The notes beneath the pieces are model-generated. The model saw only the letters and a list, made by a program, of their open reading frames with translations. It did no database searches and was not told the origin of the DNA. A stretch of 64,000 nt of DNA from positions 3,790,275 to 3,854,274 of the forward strand of contig CM082587.2 in the NCBI GenBank assembly GCA_040954595.2. Direction: 5' to 3'. Position 1 is the first letter of the stretch. Each line of letters begins with the position of its first letter. Positions 10,517 through 23,852 of this stretch are shown here, piece after piece. The stretch is from Balanoglossus misakiensis (Eukaryota; Animalia; Hemichordata). Made by a program: the position numbers and the translations under genes.

Positions 10517-13285
10517 AGTGATGATGATGATTAAAAACATATATTTTTGCATTGTCGCATCTCAACTACTAGATCTCCGTTCTGCCTGGTGCTGAGTTCT
10601 GGCAAAGTTTGAGTGAATTACGGATACTACATCTGCACAACAACAGCATTGGTAGACTTGAACACTTGCAAAGTCTCAGCCACTGTCCAAACCTGGAAGC
10701 CTTAACATTGTACGACACACCGGTCAGTCTCAAGAAAGCCTACAGACATCATGTCGTAAACAGGTAAGATTTAAAAAATGCAAATATAAAATCACAGCAT
10801 AGCAAAAGAACAACCACCATAGTTTTGTCATCAACAATCAATTGCATGAGCATCATTGTACCTGGTGGGGAGTGTTGCTAAGAAATGTTTCCTGTTTTCG
10901 TCGACAGTGTTTGGTCACTGCGAGCGCTGGACAAACACGTCGTTTCAGACGAAGAGATCATAGAGGATGCAGCGTTTGGTGGTCCCTACGCTGCAATGAA
11001 TCCAAACTTCTACATCGATCTCATGCCACCATCGAGAAAAGTAAGTAGTGCAAAAGGGTGATGGAATTCAGTTTCCATTCCTATTCACATGATGTCTTAC
11101 AAGAACCTCTATAAACCAGACACCTCTACAAATCGAACAGTTTCTTCAGTCCTTTGATGTCCGGTATAAACAGGTTTTACTGTATAGTTGCAGAGTTTGA
11201 GGGAATCAAAACATCCATGATGAAATATGTTGATGGCCACTATAATCATTGTCGTTTCAGGACAGCAAGTTTGACATTGAGATGCAGATTGTGCATCTGG
11301 TTCTCAGTCAGGTCTCTCGCATCCAGGCGAGGTATTCCCCGGTGCTGATCATACAGAGGTACATCCGTGGGTACATCGCCAGGAAACGGTTTCAACTCAT
11401 ACAGGACACAAGAATATGGTGAGTGTTAAAGAAAGACTGGGTCTGCCACCAGAGGGATAGCTACAAAGTGACTGCTCCCATGGGTAAATCTGCACATCCC
11501 CATTGTATTGTTCTCACGACTTCTATCTTCCGTTGCTTCCCTCCCCAGGGCTGCTGTGTCAATACAGAGGTACTATCGTGACTACAAAGGGATCCCCAAA
11601 CCGGAGCCAGCGCCCCCGCCAACCTCACCACTACCCGGGACATCGGTCGACGACTCCTCGTCGCTCAGGATCGATTTTGACACCTACATGCAGAACAGAA
11701 GACCTGGGTCACAGACACCGAGTCTGGCTTCGGGCCACGGCGACAGACTTCCGACCAGACCCAGTAAACTCCAGTCTCCCATCAAAGAGGAATCTCTGCA
11801 GGTATGGAGGAAATCTCATGTGGTCAGGTTTTCACTCCTTGCTTGTGGTTCCAGTACTAGTATGTCAAACTCAATATGAAATCACCAATCACAATCTTAA
11901 GAAAGACCATATGTGGGATTTAGTTCACGAATAGAAAAATTGATTTCTTCTACTTTCTTCTCATTTATTAGATGAAACCAACCGAGTCGCCGAGCAAGCT
12001 GAGGTTGCACTCGCAGTCTCCTTTCCGGAAGAAGACCAACCTTCACATCAACTTGACCAAACTGCAGTCGGGCACCATCCACTACCTGCAGGACTCGCAG
12101 GACTCCATCATTTTCGAGACGACGCAGCCCAGCAAGTCTTTCCGCTCCGTCCTGGACGAGCCCATGAAGCTGGACGGAAGCCGGGCGCGCAGAGAGAAGA
12201 AGAAGAAGCGAGAGGTGAAAACGGTGAAGCAGATGCTGGGACCACTGCCTGGTCTGGATCAGTTATCCGAACGCGGCAGCGACCGAGAGACAGACGATGA
12301 GGAGACGGGGAAAGTTCTCTTCCGGTTGAGGGGAATGAAACCGACCGTTTTCGACACCGATCCGCTGCAGTACATGTTGATTTCGAGGAGGGACGCGGCC
12401 CGGGACGTGAGGGACGCCGACAGACTCTTCATAATGAAACGCAACAGCATGCCGAAACCCACCATTGCCGCGAAGAGAAGGGCGAACGCCGATCAGAAGC
12501 TGTTCTCGCGCGTACAGGGGACCATGGGAATGTCGAGCCTGCGGGCCGTGCAGCAGGCGTACAAGGACCGAGAGCAGGCGGAGAAAATGTCCGCCAAAAT
12601 GGATTACATCATGGGACTCAGAGAGCAGCGGGAGCAGTCGAAACGCAGGGTCAAAGGTTACCTGGAGGAAAAGAGGGTTCTCGCCCAGCAGAACCGCGAG
12701 CGGGAGGTGAACATGATGTCGGACACCCTGGAGCAACACGAGCAAAAGTGGAAAGAAGATTTAGATCACCGTCGGGAGCGGCGGGGCAAGTCGTCGCACC
12801 TGACGCACGCCAAGCGCAACGACTCGCTCTTCGTGCTGGACTTCAACAGCCAGCACACGTCGGTGTCCAACGCGCTGCTGCGCCACGACCGGCAGGCCAA
12901 GCGGGAGGACCACTACCAGGAGAAGCAGGACGTGGTGCAGACCACCAAGGAAAGCGAGACGCAGCAGCGGGAGCTGGTGCAGAAGTACCTGGAGCACCGC
13001 AAGCTGATGCGCCAGGCGCACGCCGCCATGGAGCGCGCCACGCTGGACACCCGCATGCTGCAGGAGACCAACGACAAGCTGATGGAGGCCCGCAACCGCG
13101 TGGTGCAGCAGAAGCAGAAGCAGAAGACCGTGCAGGCCTTCTACCCGCTGCCCAAGTCGGCATCCTCGCTGGAAATCGCCAAAGGGGACCCCAGCAAGAA
13201 ACACCACGAGAAGACGGACAGGTGGAATTCTATGGTGGTGGCACAAGATGGACGAATTGGAAATCATCATACCTTTGTGAAATAA
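9972..13285 (+). CDS. LRRIQ3: Leucine-rich repeat and IQ domain-containing protein 3 (LRRC44)
   Basis: Exons 9972-10337, 10573-10763, 10908-11040, 11261-11418, 11549-11801 and 11972-13285 give about 804 aa. Features: LRRs (LIKLDLHSNQISVLP, LRILHLHNNSI), TLYDTPVSLKKAYRHHVVNSVWSLRALDKHVVSDEEIIE as in the vertebrate protein, the IQ motif IQRYIRGYIARKRF and a C-terminal coiled coil. Confidence 0.9.
10355..10531. repeat. (GAT)n microsatellite, about 59 units, in LRRIQ3 intron 1
   Basis: Directly visible ATG/GAT tandem run with a few interruptions. Confidence 0.97.
11098..11184. mobile_element. Degraded Tc1/mariner (pogo/Tigger-type) MITE remnant
   Basis: The reverse complement of the right end (tacagtaaaacctgtttataccggacatc) aligns with the left end (tacaagaacctctataaaccagacacc). 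Both flanks are TA. Confidence 0.5.
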
Positions 13286-16226
13286 AAAACATAAAATAGA
13301 ATTGTGTTTAATAGCGTTACCCTCTGTGGAGTTGGCAGTATGCATAAGATGCTACATTGACAATGTTTAGCTTTCATGTTACCACGATAACTATGGTGTG
13401 TTTCATACAGAAGCATCAACTTTTCTATTAACACATATCAAATTGTGAATAACACGTACTGCTCCAGAAATTATTTACAAGCTGCAAGACTGGATGTAAA
13501 ATTTCTTGGTGAGAACTATTAAAAAAAGACAAAGTTCAATTGTGGCATTTTTGTTTGATTGGAGTTACTTTGTTATGTGCTGAAGTTTTGTTATGTTTTC
13601 AGTGTCTTTTGGAGATCATTACTGAGAGTGTACCAATTTTTTCGCTGGTGTTTTTCAATACATTCCAAATAATTTTAATCCTATCAGTGTCACATTCTTT
13701 TGTGAACATTTCAAATGCCATTCATTTCCTTCTGTCCATAAATGCACACATCCCTGATGACACTCATAGTGTCATGATTCATACAAAAAGCCTTCCACAA
13801 AGATCATGAGCATTAAAACTATTGAAACATATCACTCATTGCAAAATGAATTAAAACTTTATCAGGCCAAGCTCTTGAGTATTTCAAGAATTATAATTTA
13901 TGCATGATTTTTACTGAGATTGTAAATGTTAACATTGCAATTAAAATATTTTAATGTAAATTTATTAATTCTGTAAATTTCTGCTTGTAAATAAAAAATA
14001 TTTCCATGGTTACTGTTGTTAAATTCATCCAGTGTTTACTTTTTATTTGATCCCCTGTGCATGTGTGGAGGAGATTGGGGTGCATGGATTATATTCTATG
14101 GGTTTCTGAATGCACTAATTGTGGCCCTTACTTTGTCTATGGTGTCTTTTAACTAAATTAACAACTTTCTGGTTGCTTTTAAGTTTCAAATTCACACAAA
14201 AATGCAAAATTCAAGTCATTTTATGTACGTTAGTCCCCGGATGAGCTTTTCTGAAGAGCGCCCCCATCGTCGACTTGGTGTGTGACCTCGCCAGTTGAAA
14301 GTTCATAGGTCATCAGCTGGGTAACACGTGCAACAACTGAAGCTGTGTTCGTTGCACAACAAAACGTCGCCTTGAAGTCTCATTTGGTAACATTTCCGGT
14401 CGTGTGTTCTGTAGTGAGGTGTTTTGAAAACGAAGGCAAGATTCTGATATCAGTTTTATCTTGAATACACAGTGACAGCCATGCCAGCAGGAGGAAAAAT
14501 CAATCGCCCAAGAAAGCCTAAGGTGAGTGTCATGTGTGGTGATGATACAGGTACCGAACGTCTCAACTACATTGTAGGTGACTGTTGAAAAGCATGTATT
14601 ACCCAAGCTAAGGAATTCATAGTCTAGAGTATAGCAGGGTTTTTTCTAGACAGCAGATGTCAGGTGTACAGGGCCTGGCAACTACTGTCCAGCAGTGCAC
14701 ACTGGAATAATACTACATGTAGTATGATGGTCATCATTTCACTACATGAGGGCGCCACCAGTACACTGGTGTATCCATGATGGAGTCAAACATGGATGGT
14801 GTATCTTCAAATGACTTGAGGTAGTTTACAGTCAATAGGTCTCTAAGGAAAAATATTAGTGGGTATATCAAAAGGACATGCTTTTTCGTTTCATAGTCAG
14901 ACAAGATGCTGGCCGCGAATGGGAATTGATATATGCAAACAAACTGATGTATCATTTTTCATAAATTCTTTATTAAGTATTGCACATGCAAAGTGATAAT
15001 TGAAGACATATATGTATACATGTAACAGGGAAAGCTTTCCAATCACATACAGTTACGATTTGTGTAGATATCTAAGCAAGAATGGAAGACCCAGTGAAAA
15101 GATTTTTCAGCGTGAAATATTCAAAAGAAGTACTTGTGTACAATGTGCACAAAACTGATAATAAGTAACTCAATCGACCAGCATGCCCCTCAGTCAATAT
15201 GGCAAATCACTGGTGAAAGCACCTGAAAGTCAAAATGTATTTACAGATTCAGCATGTATGATACTTTAGAGATGAATAAATGGTATGAGCATATTTTAAA
15301 ACAACTCTTTCTCAAGTCAAAGTAAAGTTTATATTCATTAGATTTATTAGATTGTGTGCTTTGTAAAGCTATATTCAAGCCTGTCAAGTCCCTTTTAAAA
15401 GTTTTCTTCGCACCGAAGTTGATCAAACTTCTTCATGATATGCTTTGAAAAATCTGAATTTGAAAAATTGTGACATTTTATATATCTTACAGCATATGAA
15501 TTGCATCAAATAAGAGAAAAGCAAGTGTCTTCTTTCACTATCAATGATTGAGCACCACCAGAAATGGTCAACTGTCTCACAAAAAAAACTTAAAATTTGT
15601 ACATTACTACACAAACTGTTAACTGTGTGTGTTCATGTGGGTGTATATGTGCATGTACGTGTTTCAGCGACTTGCCAATTCCACCCTACACATGTACCTT
15701 TCAAAATGTTTTGTGGTCCTAGGGTGTGTGTGTTGTCTACTTTGCAGTCAACTCAAAGTAGGTGACATGAAAGTGTCATTAAAAGGTGACCAGAAAGTAC
15801 CGGGTATCTTGGATAAGCCTAGGCTATTGTATCACAAAAAAAAACAGTTTGTTGAATGTTCGTTGATATTTTGTTAAGTACTGGTGTTATTCACATGGCA
15901 TGTGTTTCAAAAATGGCTGCCCAAAATTGGCAGATTTCATTGAAGGTTTCAGTTTTTGCTAGTCAAAATATAGAACTTCAAGCTGTATATAATTTGTTCA
16001 TAGTCTGTTCCAAAAATGACATCTGATTGTGGGATGAAATTCCTTTTATTCTGAAAATTTGAACTGCTTTCTCAGTTCATCAGTTTCTTAGACCATTTAC
16101 AAATAACAAAAGTCTTTTAAGTTTAGAAACATTCATCACAGTGCACATTTTACACCTTTGGTCACAAGGAAAATGAATAAAATCAATTTATATTATTATT
16201 ACATTTATATTAATATCAAGGAAATT

Positions 16227-19200
16227 TTATTTATCAGAGGATTGCAGCCCTTTGTCCTTCCGGGATATCTCATTGTATGTATCAAGCATCGACTGCCGCG
16301 TTTTCTCTAAAAGCTCCGGAACATCTGAATCAGTCAGCCCCTTTGTGTGTACCGGTGGCAAAACTTTGATGGTGAATTTCACTGGGGGAAAAGAGAGAGA
16401 GGTACAAGTTAATGTCGTTCACACAAATATTTGCTGCTGAAACTATTGCACATTAGCGCATCACTGCGCGAATTTCTGAGATCTCGGCAGATCATGACTT
16501 GATTGAGGAATTACGATTCTGCATACATCTCACAAGGGATGTCTTCACACCTCATTGCTGCAGGGAAAATCGACCGCACTACAATGAAGAATGTACTATC
16601 TAATTTAGAGGCACTGCACGGGCCAAACTGCAAGGTCGCAGTTGAGTAATGGGGACTGTGGAAAAGTAATCTTGAGAGACAGCAGTCTGCTGGGCACAGG
16701 GTCTGGGCTACTGAATCAATGATTCACATTGCTGATTAATGTCTGGCAAGTGATTCATTCCCTGTTGAGTCACAACAGACTTGTGGCTTGCAATGTCCTC
16801 GTGGAAAATGGACATTTTTTTTAACGCTGCACTATCTGTAACCATGGTTTCTTGTTTGGCTGTAAGACGCAGTTTTGTAGATTTGAGGTTGAATCTGATC
16901 CTGTGTACTAATATTAAATTCAAGATGCCGGTAGCAATTCTTATTCTGATGCTAGCTTAGTGTGTCACTGTACTTACAATTGTTGGTAAATTTCTTCTCT
17001 TTCTGGTTGAAATATTCTGTGTAGTTTGAAAAAACAATTGGAACAAGGGGTACCTGAGTGATGATCGGAAAAAAAAAGAAATGAACAATTATTTTCAGGA
17101 ATTAGCATATTGACCCTTGACCTTATACCAGCAGACAAAAGAAAATAATTAATTCATCATAGAGACTTGCTAATGCAAATTTTAAGAGGCTTTCACTAAT
17201 CATTTCTCATAAAGTTTAATGATAAGAAAGATCTGCTTAGAATTAGATGTTCTATCATCCATTAGCACTGACAGATGGATGACAAATGTCCCGTAATATA
17301 TCAACTGGAAATTCTCTCTTATTTTCCCTGCATGGCTGCAGACTAAATAACTATTACTGATGATGAATACATTACCATAACAAAGAAACGAGTATGAATG
17401 TATGATATGATTTTGCAATTAGTATACACGTAAAACCAACAACGCTTTAGACGTATGCAAGCGTTTTGCCACTGTAGAATCTTAAAGATAATGAAATTTT
17501 TAATGAATGTTTTTAAAAGTACAGACAGTATAAGACCATTTAGTAATTTATAATTTATACATTTCACTACAATGGTGTCACTTTCACATGTGAGAATTGT
17601 CCAATGCAGACATGTACCAGACATCCTGATGCAATCTATCATCATTTAGAGCTCAGTAAAAATAACAGCGTAAATGTCAGACTAGCATCCGTGGATACAC
17701 ACAGACAATATTAAATGGTTCACAAGTTCACAACTCTCAAAGGAAATATTGTATGGCAGATACAAACTGCCTTCAGGGATATCATTGGTTTGGGATATTA
17801 TTAGTACTATATATAGCTGTGTATTTTCTTTCATTACAAATACATGTAGGTTCTTACCTGACCCTGTATGGCCAGATGAAAGGCACCTTTTTTGAAAGGC
17901 AGCAATCCACCGTTGGGGTTTCTTGTACCTTCTGGAAATATCCACACTTTAGCCTGCATGCACCGCAAAAAAGAGAGAAATTAGTGTTTTTGATAAACAT
18001 TTACAATTCTGCGAATATGAGTCTGTTCCTTGAGATCTGTCAGAAAGGGTTCATACTCACATTTTTCTTATTAATTATCTCGACAGTCTTGATGATAGTA
18101 TCTTTGGCTTTGTCTGGTCTGTGTCTGTCGATGAAAATGATGCCTGATAGCCACATTCCCAGCCCGAAGGTTCCGGCATATTTTAAGGACCTTTTGGCTA
18201 ATGCTGTACATCTGTCTGGATAAATCTCCATCATTCCTGTTGTGGGGAGGGGGGGGGGGGGGAAGGGAGAGATTATAATAGATTTGCAAACAGATCATTT
18301 TGTGTATGTGTGTATACCCTACAGTATCTAGAGCATAAACTGATATTGTCTGTCTGTATGTTTGGATGTATAACAGTATATGTATATATACATATGTGCA
18401 TGCATGTAAATATGTGTGCATGTATGTATGTCTGTATGTACAGGGGGGTTTGATGTATATGTGTGTACATGTATATGATTTTGCATTGGACAGAATACAT
18501 GTTATGACATTGCAAAGAGATGCTCATAAAATTCTCCCACATGAAAGTATTTTCATTGCACTAAACTGATGAATGGACTGTCTGTGGTTTCTAAAAGTAG
18601 CACGGTGACACGTGTTGGCGTGGCAATTTCTATCAACACTGCAACAGCCCTTGTGGCAATCGTACATGTAGCTATACATCCCGTAGGTAATCCATTTTCA
18701 TCCAATGTTTACTGAATCTCATTTGAATATGAATCTTTGAAACCACTTGTGTATAAAAATAATTCCCCTCTTGATTTGCATGTGTGTCGATTCAATAGAT
18801 TATAATAGATGCAAACTGTACATAAACAGCAGCTGGTGCACAAATTTTTTTAAACCTGCACATTTCTTTAAACATATTCTTTTGTGCATTGCCATGGATG
18901 CAGATGAGTGTGCTAATTGTGAAAAAATTCTGAATATGAAATTTATTACTTTGACCTTGAATACACAAAATCCTACCAGCGACCCACATGTTCCATTAAC
19001 ACAAAATACTACAATTGTGCAAATGAGTCACTGCTCACTTCTATAATTTATAATACGTGGATCTACTTTATAGGTAGACTTTTCAGTGCATAGATCTATA
19101 TATTTGTTTTCGACCTCACTTTCAGTTATTATAGAAATTTTTATCACAGTTTGTCAATATGATTTTATACCACCAGTAGCATATAGCTAATTGCTTTATT

Positions 19201-21742
19201 GTTATATAACCTATATAACCAGATATTTAAAATTGGAGTAAATTGCTCATCAATGGCTGCTGCAGTAAAATTGGGGCCGTCTTAATAGCCATATAGAAGA
19301 ACGAATATGGTCCACCATACTGGACCATAGTGCTCCTTTAAACTGACAGCTGATTGAGTAAAGTGTATAAAACATTCCCAATAATTCCCTAAAATATATT
19401 GCATATTCGGTGTTTGATGTGTACTGACTGTGTGGATAGGAAGGACTATGCTTTTACCATTAGTTCAAAGGACAGAAATTTTTATCTCATCTTTGCATGT
19501 AGGTGACACCTGGTGACTGAGACAATCACACCACACTTCTTGACCTGACAACATACTTTGAACTTTGATCTACAAAACAATCCTCACAAGTGGTTGGAGA
19601 TCTCACAAACTGTTTTGTTTGAAACTTATCACACGCTGGATAATTGAAACATCGTACCATCCAAACACTGATAGCGGTGTAATATCTTTGTGAATTCAGT
19701 ACTCAGAGCGTGGCTTGTACACAAGAAATTATGGGAACACCAGCCCCTTGACCATATAGCGATTACCAGTACATTCTGGTGCGTAATGTAAACAGTTTTG
19801 TTGGCAGAGATGGAAAACCCACAAACAGAAGACACCCGGGTCAGAATCATTAAAATGAAATGTCAAAAGGGATGTGGGGTAAAGTTTCCCAACTTTCCTG
19901 TATCTGTGCTACCCAGATTACTGTAAAAAGGAAGATGATCTCCGCCAAAGGTCAAAGGTCACAAAGGGGAAATAACAAATACCTTAAATTGTCTGTATAA
20001 GTAACTGAATCAGTGAAACTGGAACTACATACAGTATTCAAATGTAGTTTCTCTTCAAAATCACTCAACTTTGGTTTAGCCTGGAGCTGACACCATTTCT
20101 CACAAAGAGAGACGGAATACTCACCTACGAAATCAATAGTAGTTTGGTGATTACAGATGGCAATGTAAGGTGTGTCACTTTTCAAGTTTTCTCCGTCTTC
20201 CACTGTGATTCGAATCCCGAACATCGGCTTCACAAACACTCTGGTTGCCCATGACGCCCAACTGTAATGAACGACAAACAAATTTCATTTATACTTTCGA
20301 TGTTACTCATAACCATTCAGTATTTCTACTTTGAAAGCCCCCTCCCCCTCTGAAAAAAGACCATTTTCAGAACTCCACAAGACCCTTTGAGATCTGGTGT
20401 TGCCAGGCAATTCAGTTGCCTATATAAGAAAAAGTTTAAAACTTTGACTTTCAAGGGGCAGTCTACCTTAAACTACACCATCTTTTAATAGTTTAACTGT
20501 TATGTCAACATCATACCAACCAAAAGTGTGTGGGATAATTTTTAAAGTTTACCCTTAAACAATTGGGCAAAACTGATATTGACATACAAATAGGCATTTC
20601 ACATTATTGTGTTTGTCCACTGTATTGATACCAGCCAGATTATAATCCGTTTACAAACATTCCATTGATTGTATTGTGTTTCCAGTTGTATTACAGGAAA
20701 GAGAATTTTGTCAATGTCCCCTATTTTTTTTAGCTTACAAAAATTAATGCAAAAGATAAACACCTGCAACTACTTATGCAATAGCACAAAATCCGGGTAT
20801 AATCAGAGGGCAAGGCCTTCATACTACATTTTGTACACCTTTTCATTACTGTATCGATCTGACATTGTGTCATTTATTTAATCCCTCTCGTAGAAGGACA
20901 CACTAGCAAACCTGCCTTGTTTTGGACAATGCCATGTAGACATTATCATAAACGTGATCAGCTATGATAAATTAACATGAAGAGATTGATCAGACTGCTA
21001 TATGCACAGTATCAAAGTTCGCTGACCTACTGCCAACAATGCATAATGAAATGCATGTGATTGGAGTGGGTTGAGTTGTAGTATTCATATTCAAATGTCA
21101 TCGCCATGAACGGAGTTATTGTTCAAATCAGCTGCGAGTATAATGCATGTATAGTAGTTAGTACGACGTGGATGTAAGACTGCATTGCCGTACGACAAGT
21201 AAAAACGAAATGCTTGTACTTAGCACAATGTGTGTGTGTGGCTGGGGAAAAAAGGGAGACTGGAACGATTATAATCATTAAACAGATGATCGCGGAATAG
21301 TCAAGAATTACTATCTGAAATGTGACACTTGTGATGTCAATTTCACAGTATTACATCAATAGCACACATTCACTTTCGTTCGTTACTGTGCAGTCGCTTG
21401 CATCTTTGAACATTTATAAATGTCGTGTTGTGGTCATTTCAGTTGTGATACAGTTCGGCATAATGTATGGTCTCTAGATTACAAATACAAACAGTCTCCA
21501 GACTCCAGTCTGTGTATACACAATATACTAAGTACTCGTAGTATACATAGTACTCGCCTTTGCACTGTCACATCGCCAGGTCTTCTCAGGCCAGCCGGGA
21601 TTGTGATCAGTCCGACCCCGAGGATCATCAGCTGGTAGGCCACATATTTTGCGTAAAAGTGCACCGTCTTGTTGCACTCGTACAATACGGGGATCAGTAG
21701 TAAAACTACTACGATGGCAATCTGCAGCCAGCTAATCTCCAT
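16227..21742 (-). CDS. 1-acyl-sn-glycerol-3-phosphate acyltransferase (AGPAT1/AGPAT2-like LPAAT)
   Basis: Exons 21742-21558, 20261-20125, 18236-18061, 17953-17858, 17053-16978 and 16381-16227 give 274 aa. Acyltransferase motifs: NHQTTID (NHX4D), [36 protein letters not shown]. Intron 1 has a GC donor (AG|GCGAGT). Confidence 0.93.
18300..18480. repeat. Degenerate (TATG)/(TG) low-complexity tract with an adjacent poly-G run
   Basis: Visible tgta/tatg/tgtg repeats in AGPAT intron 2; poly-G at about 18244-18262. Confidence 0.7.
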
Positions 21743-22444
21743 CGTTCACGATCGATGATCGCCGCAGCAGCCCCACGTCCAACGTGTTGGAGATATGACA
21801 GTGAGAAAGTACAATAAGCTAGGGAGCTTTCTGGAACCCGCAACAAAAGTGTAAATTTACGACTGTGATACGAAAGAGGTTTACGTGGCAACGAGTGTGT
21901 TATTTTCTTGCACAGAACCATAGACCCAGAGTTAAGTGACTTGTATATACACGTATTTATGAACGGAGACCATAAAACTTTGACAAATATCACATCAGAG
22001 TTTTTTTAAAGTAACCCACAGGTAGCGAAAGTTATCTTGAAGAGTGTGAAAGAAAATCATCAAAAATGTCTTTTGCGATTTTATGAAACTTTGCATAAGT
22101 TGTTCGTTCGGGAAAATCTTTGAGTTTGAAATTTTTCAGCAACTTATATAGCATTGGAGTAGTAACATTGTAATCGCACGATTTGTGACACAGACTTGTA
22201 CTGTCTACCCATAGATGGCTGAACCACGCTTGACTGATCTGTAGTATCGTGACCAACAAAGGGGCTTTGTATTTAAAAATCACAATCACTAGTGACCCAG
22301 AACTTATATGGGTTTACGGTTTATCGTTTCATGATGCACGATCCATCATAACAAAGTTAATCTGACCTGAATAACTGCGGCAACCGTTTTAAATGTCAAT
22401 GTTTCTGAAACACGGTTGCCAGCCCTCGCCAAACACTCGGGTTA

Positions 22445-22459
22445 AGCGCCCCCAGCAGG
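22445..22459 (-). promoter_or_regulatory. CTCF-like motif between the divergent AGPAT and K2P genes
   Basis: The minus strand reads CCTGCTGGGGGCGCT, close to the CTCF core CCASYAGRKGGCRS. Weaker similar motifs lie near 28884 and 14256. Confidence 0.35.
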
Positions 22460-22599
22460 CTGACATGCGGACTTGTTCTGTGCCTTTTTTTTTATTACTC
22501 ACGCGCTCGCTCGCTCGCTCTCACTCACTCACTCACGGTTTTCATTTTAAACTTGCAGAAACAAAAAAAGATAAAGTTGATCCAGGCGCGGAAAAAGGA

Positions 22600-22943
22600 A
22601 CTTAAACGTTTGCGCAACGAGTACCGGAAATCAGTACGCGACAACGAATCGATCAAGTCGATGCAGTTGAAGAAAAAGAGGTAAGATATTGTGCGAAGCA
22701 GCGGAAAAACAGGTTACGCGAACTTCCTTTAAAAGTTATGTACAGTCAGTGTACAATCAAATATGCAAATTTGGCCACAGTTACCATGGAAAGATGAGAT
22801 CAACCTCTTAAGTGCTAACTTTCATTGTCTTTTACTTCAAACAGGACAAACCCAGGTGCAAATGTCGAAATCTCCGGAAAACGGAAGAGGAAACTTCTTC
22901 GGGCTGTCTTGAGAAACGAGAAAGAAAAAAGTCAGATGGAAGG
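22600..22943 (+). other. Possible non-coding 5' exons of the K2P gene
   Basis: CpG-rich stretch with ETS-like CCGGAA motifs and two strong donors (GAG|GTAAGA at 22680/22681, AAG|GTAAGT at 22943/22944), upstream of pyrimidine-rich acceptors before the ATG at 23853. No transcript evidence. Confidence 0.35.
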
Positions 22944-23852
22944 TAAGTCGTTGACATTTGTTGAGTGACGTAATATATACTTTTAATGGTCGTAAACTAT
23001 GGAAATTTGCCAGACGACAACTTGTTTTCATTTTGTCTTTTTCTTGCAGTTGAATTTGTGACACCAAAATCTAAATCCGGGGCTGTTCCTAGTGGGGATG
23101 TGGTAATGAAGGACTCGGCGTGATGAACCAATTTACATTTGTTTCGGATTCTTCTTAGTATATCTTATTTCTTTTATTTCCCCCAATAAACCTTTACTGG
23201 CCATTGGATTTTTGACTGCTGCAGACCGTGCTTATCTGCGTGTGAGCTCTTATTGTAGCGCGAATTTGGTACAGATCGGCCACTCCTATGCGTATTTTAT
23301 CGCGATATTTTATCATTGAATTAATACGATAATATTGACAGCAGCAATATTGAACGCATCACTGACTTGTATAAAATGGAACAAATAATTAATCAACTTA
23401 CACGACGCTTAATCAATGTGTCATTCAGCTTTAGATAAACAAAATAGATTGTGCATGGTATGCAACTTTTGATGTTCCATCCATACCCTATATACGGCTC
23501 TCAGACAGTTATTTTGATGCCTCTGTCCTTGTGCCTATACTGTCTGTCTGTGTCGTGTCTACTGTCTCCCGTCCCCACCCCCTCTCTCTTATACCACACA
23601 TATGAATGACGACGCGCTTTTACTTTTCTTTTCACCCGTTGCCATGACATTTCAATAGCGAGTGACGAGACTATCACGTGATTCTTACCACAGGAAAGAT
23701 ATTATTCGCTACGTATTGTACCGCCCTCCTTTATCAGAAAAGAGGAAGAAAACAGCTCACATTTCCAACATTGGTGAATGGAGACAGACCGCGCCTAATG
23801 AAGACACCGCGACTTGAGATCGCTTTAGAATTTTTTCCTCGGCGATATCAAT

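Noticed and set aside
10334-10552. Poly-Met/Asp and poly-Ile/His ORFs
   Set aside because: These are translations of an intronic (GAT)n microsatellite.
12259-13345. Multiple overlapping and antisense ORFs over the LRRIQ3 last exon (likewise 1273-1674, 2171-2768 and 5181-5565 over TSC1)
   Set aside because: They are shadows of high-GC3 coding sequence and contain no recognisable domains.
13300-16200. Hidden gene between LRRIQ3 and AGPAT
   Set aside because: The short ORFs have no coding signature, and the AT-rich sequence with poly(A) signals on both strands fits convergent 3' UTRs and intergenic DNA.
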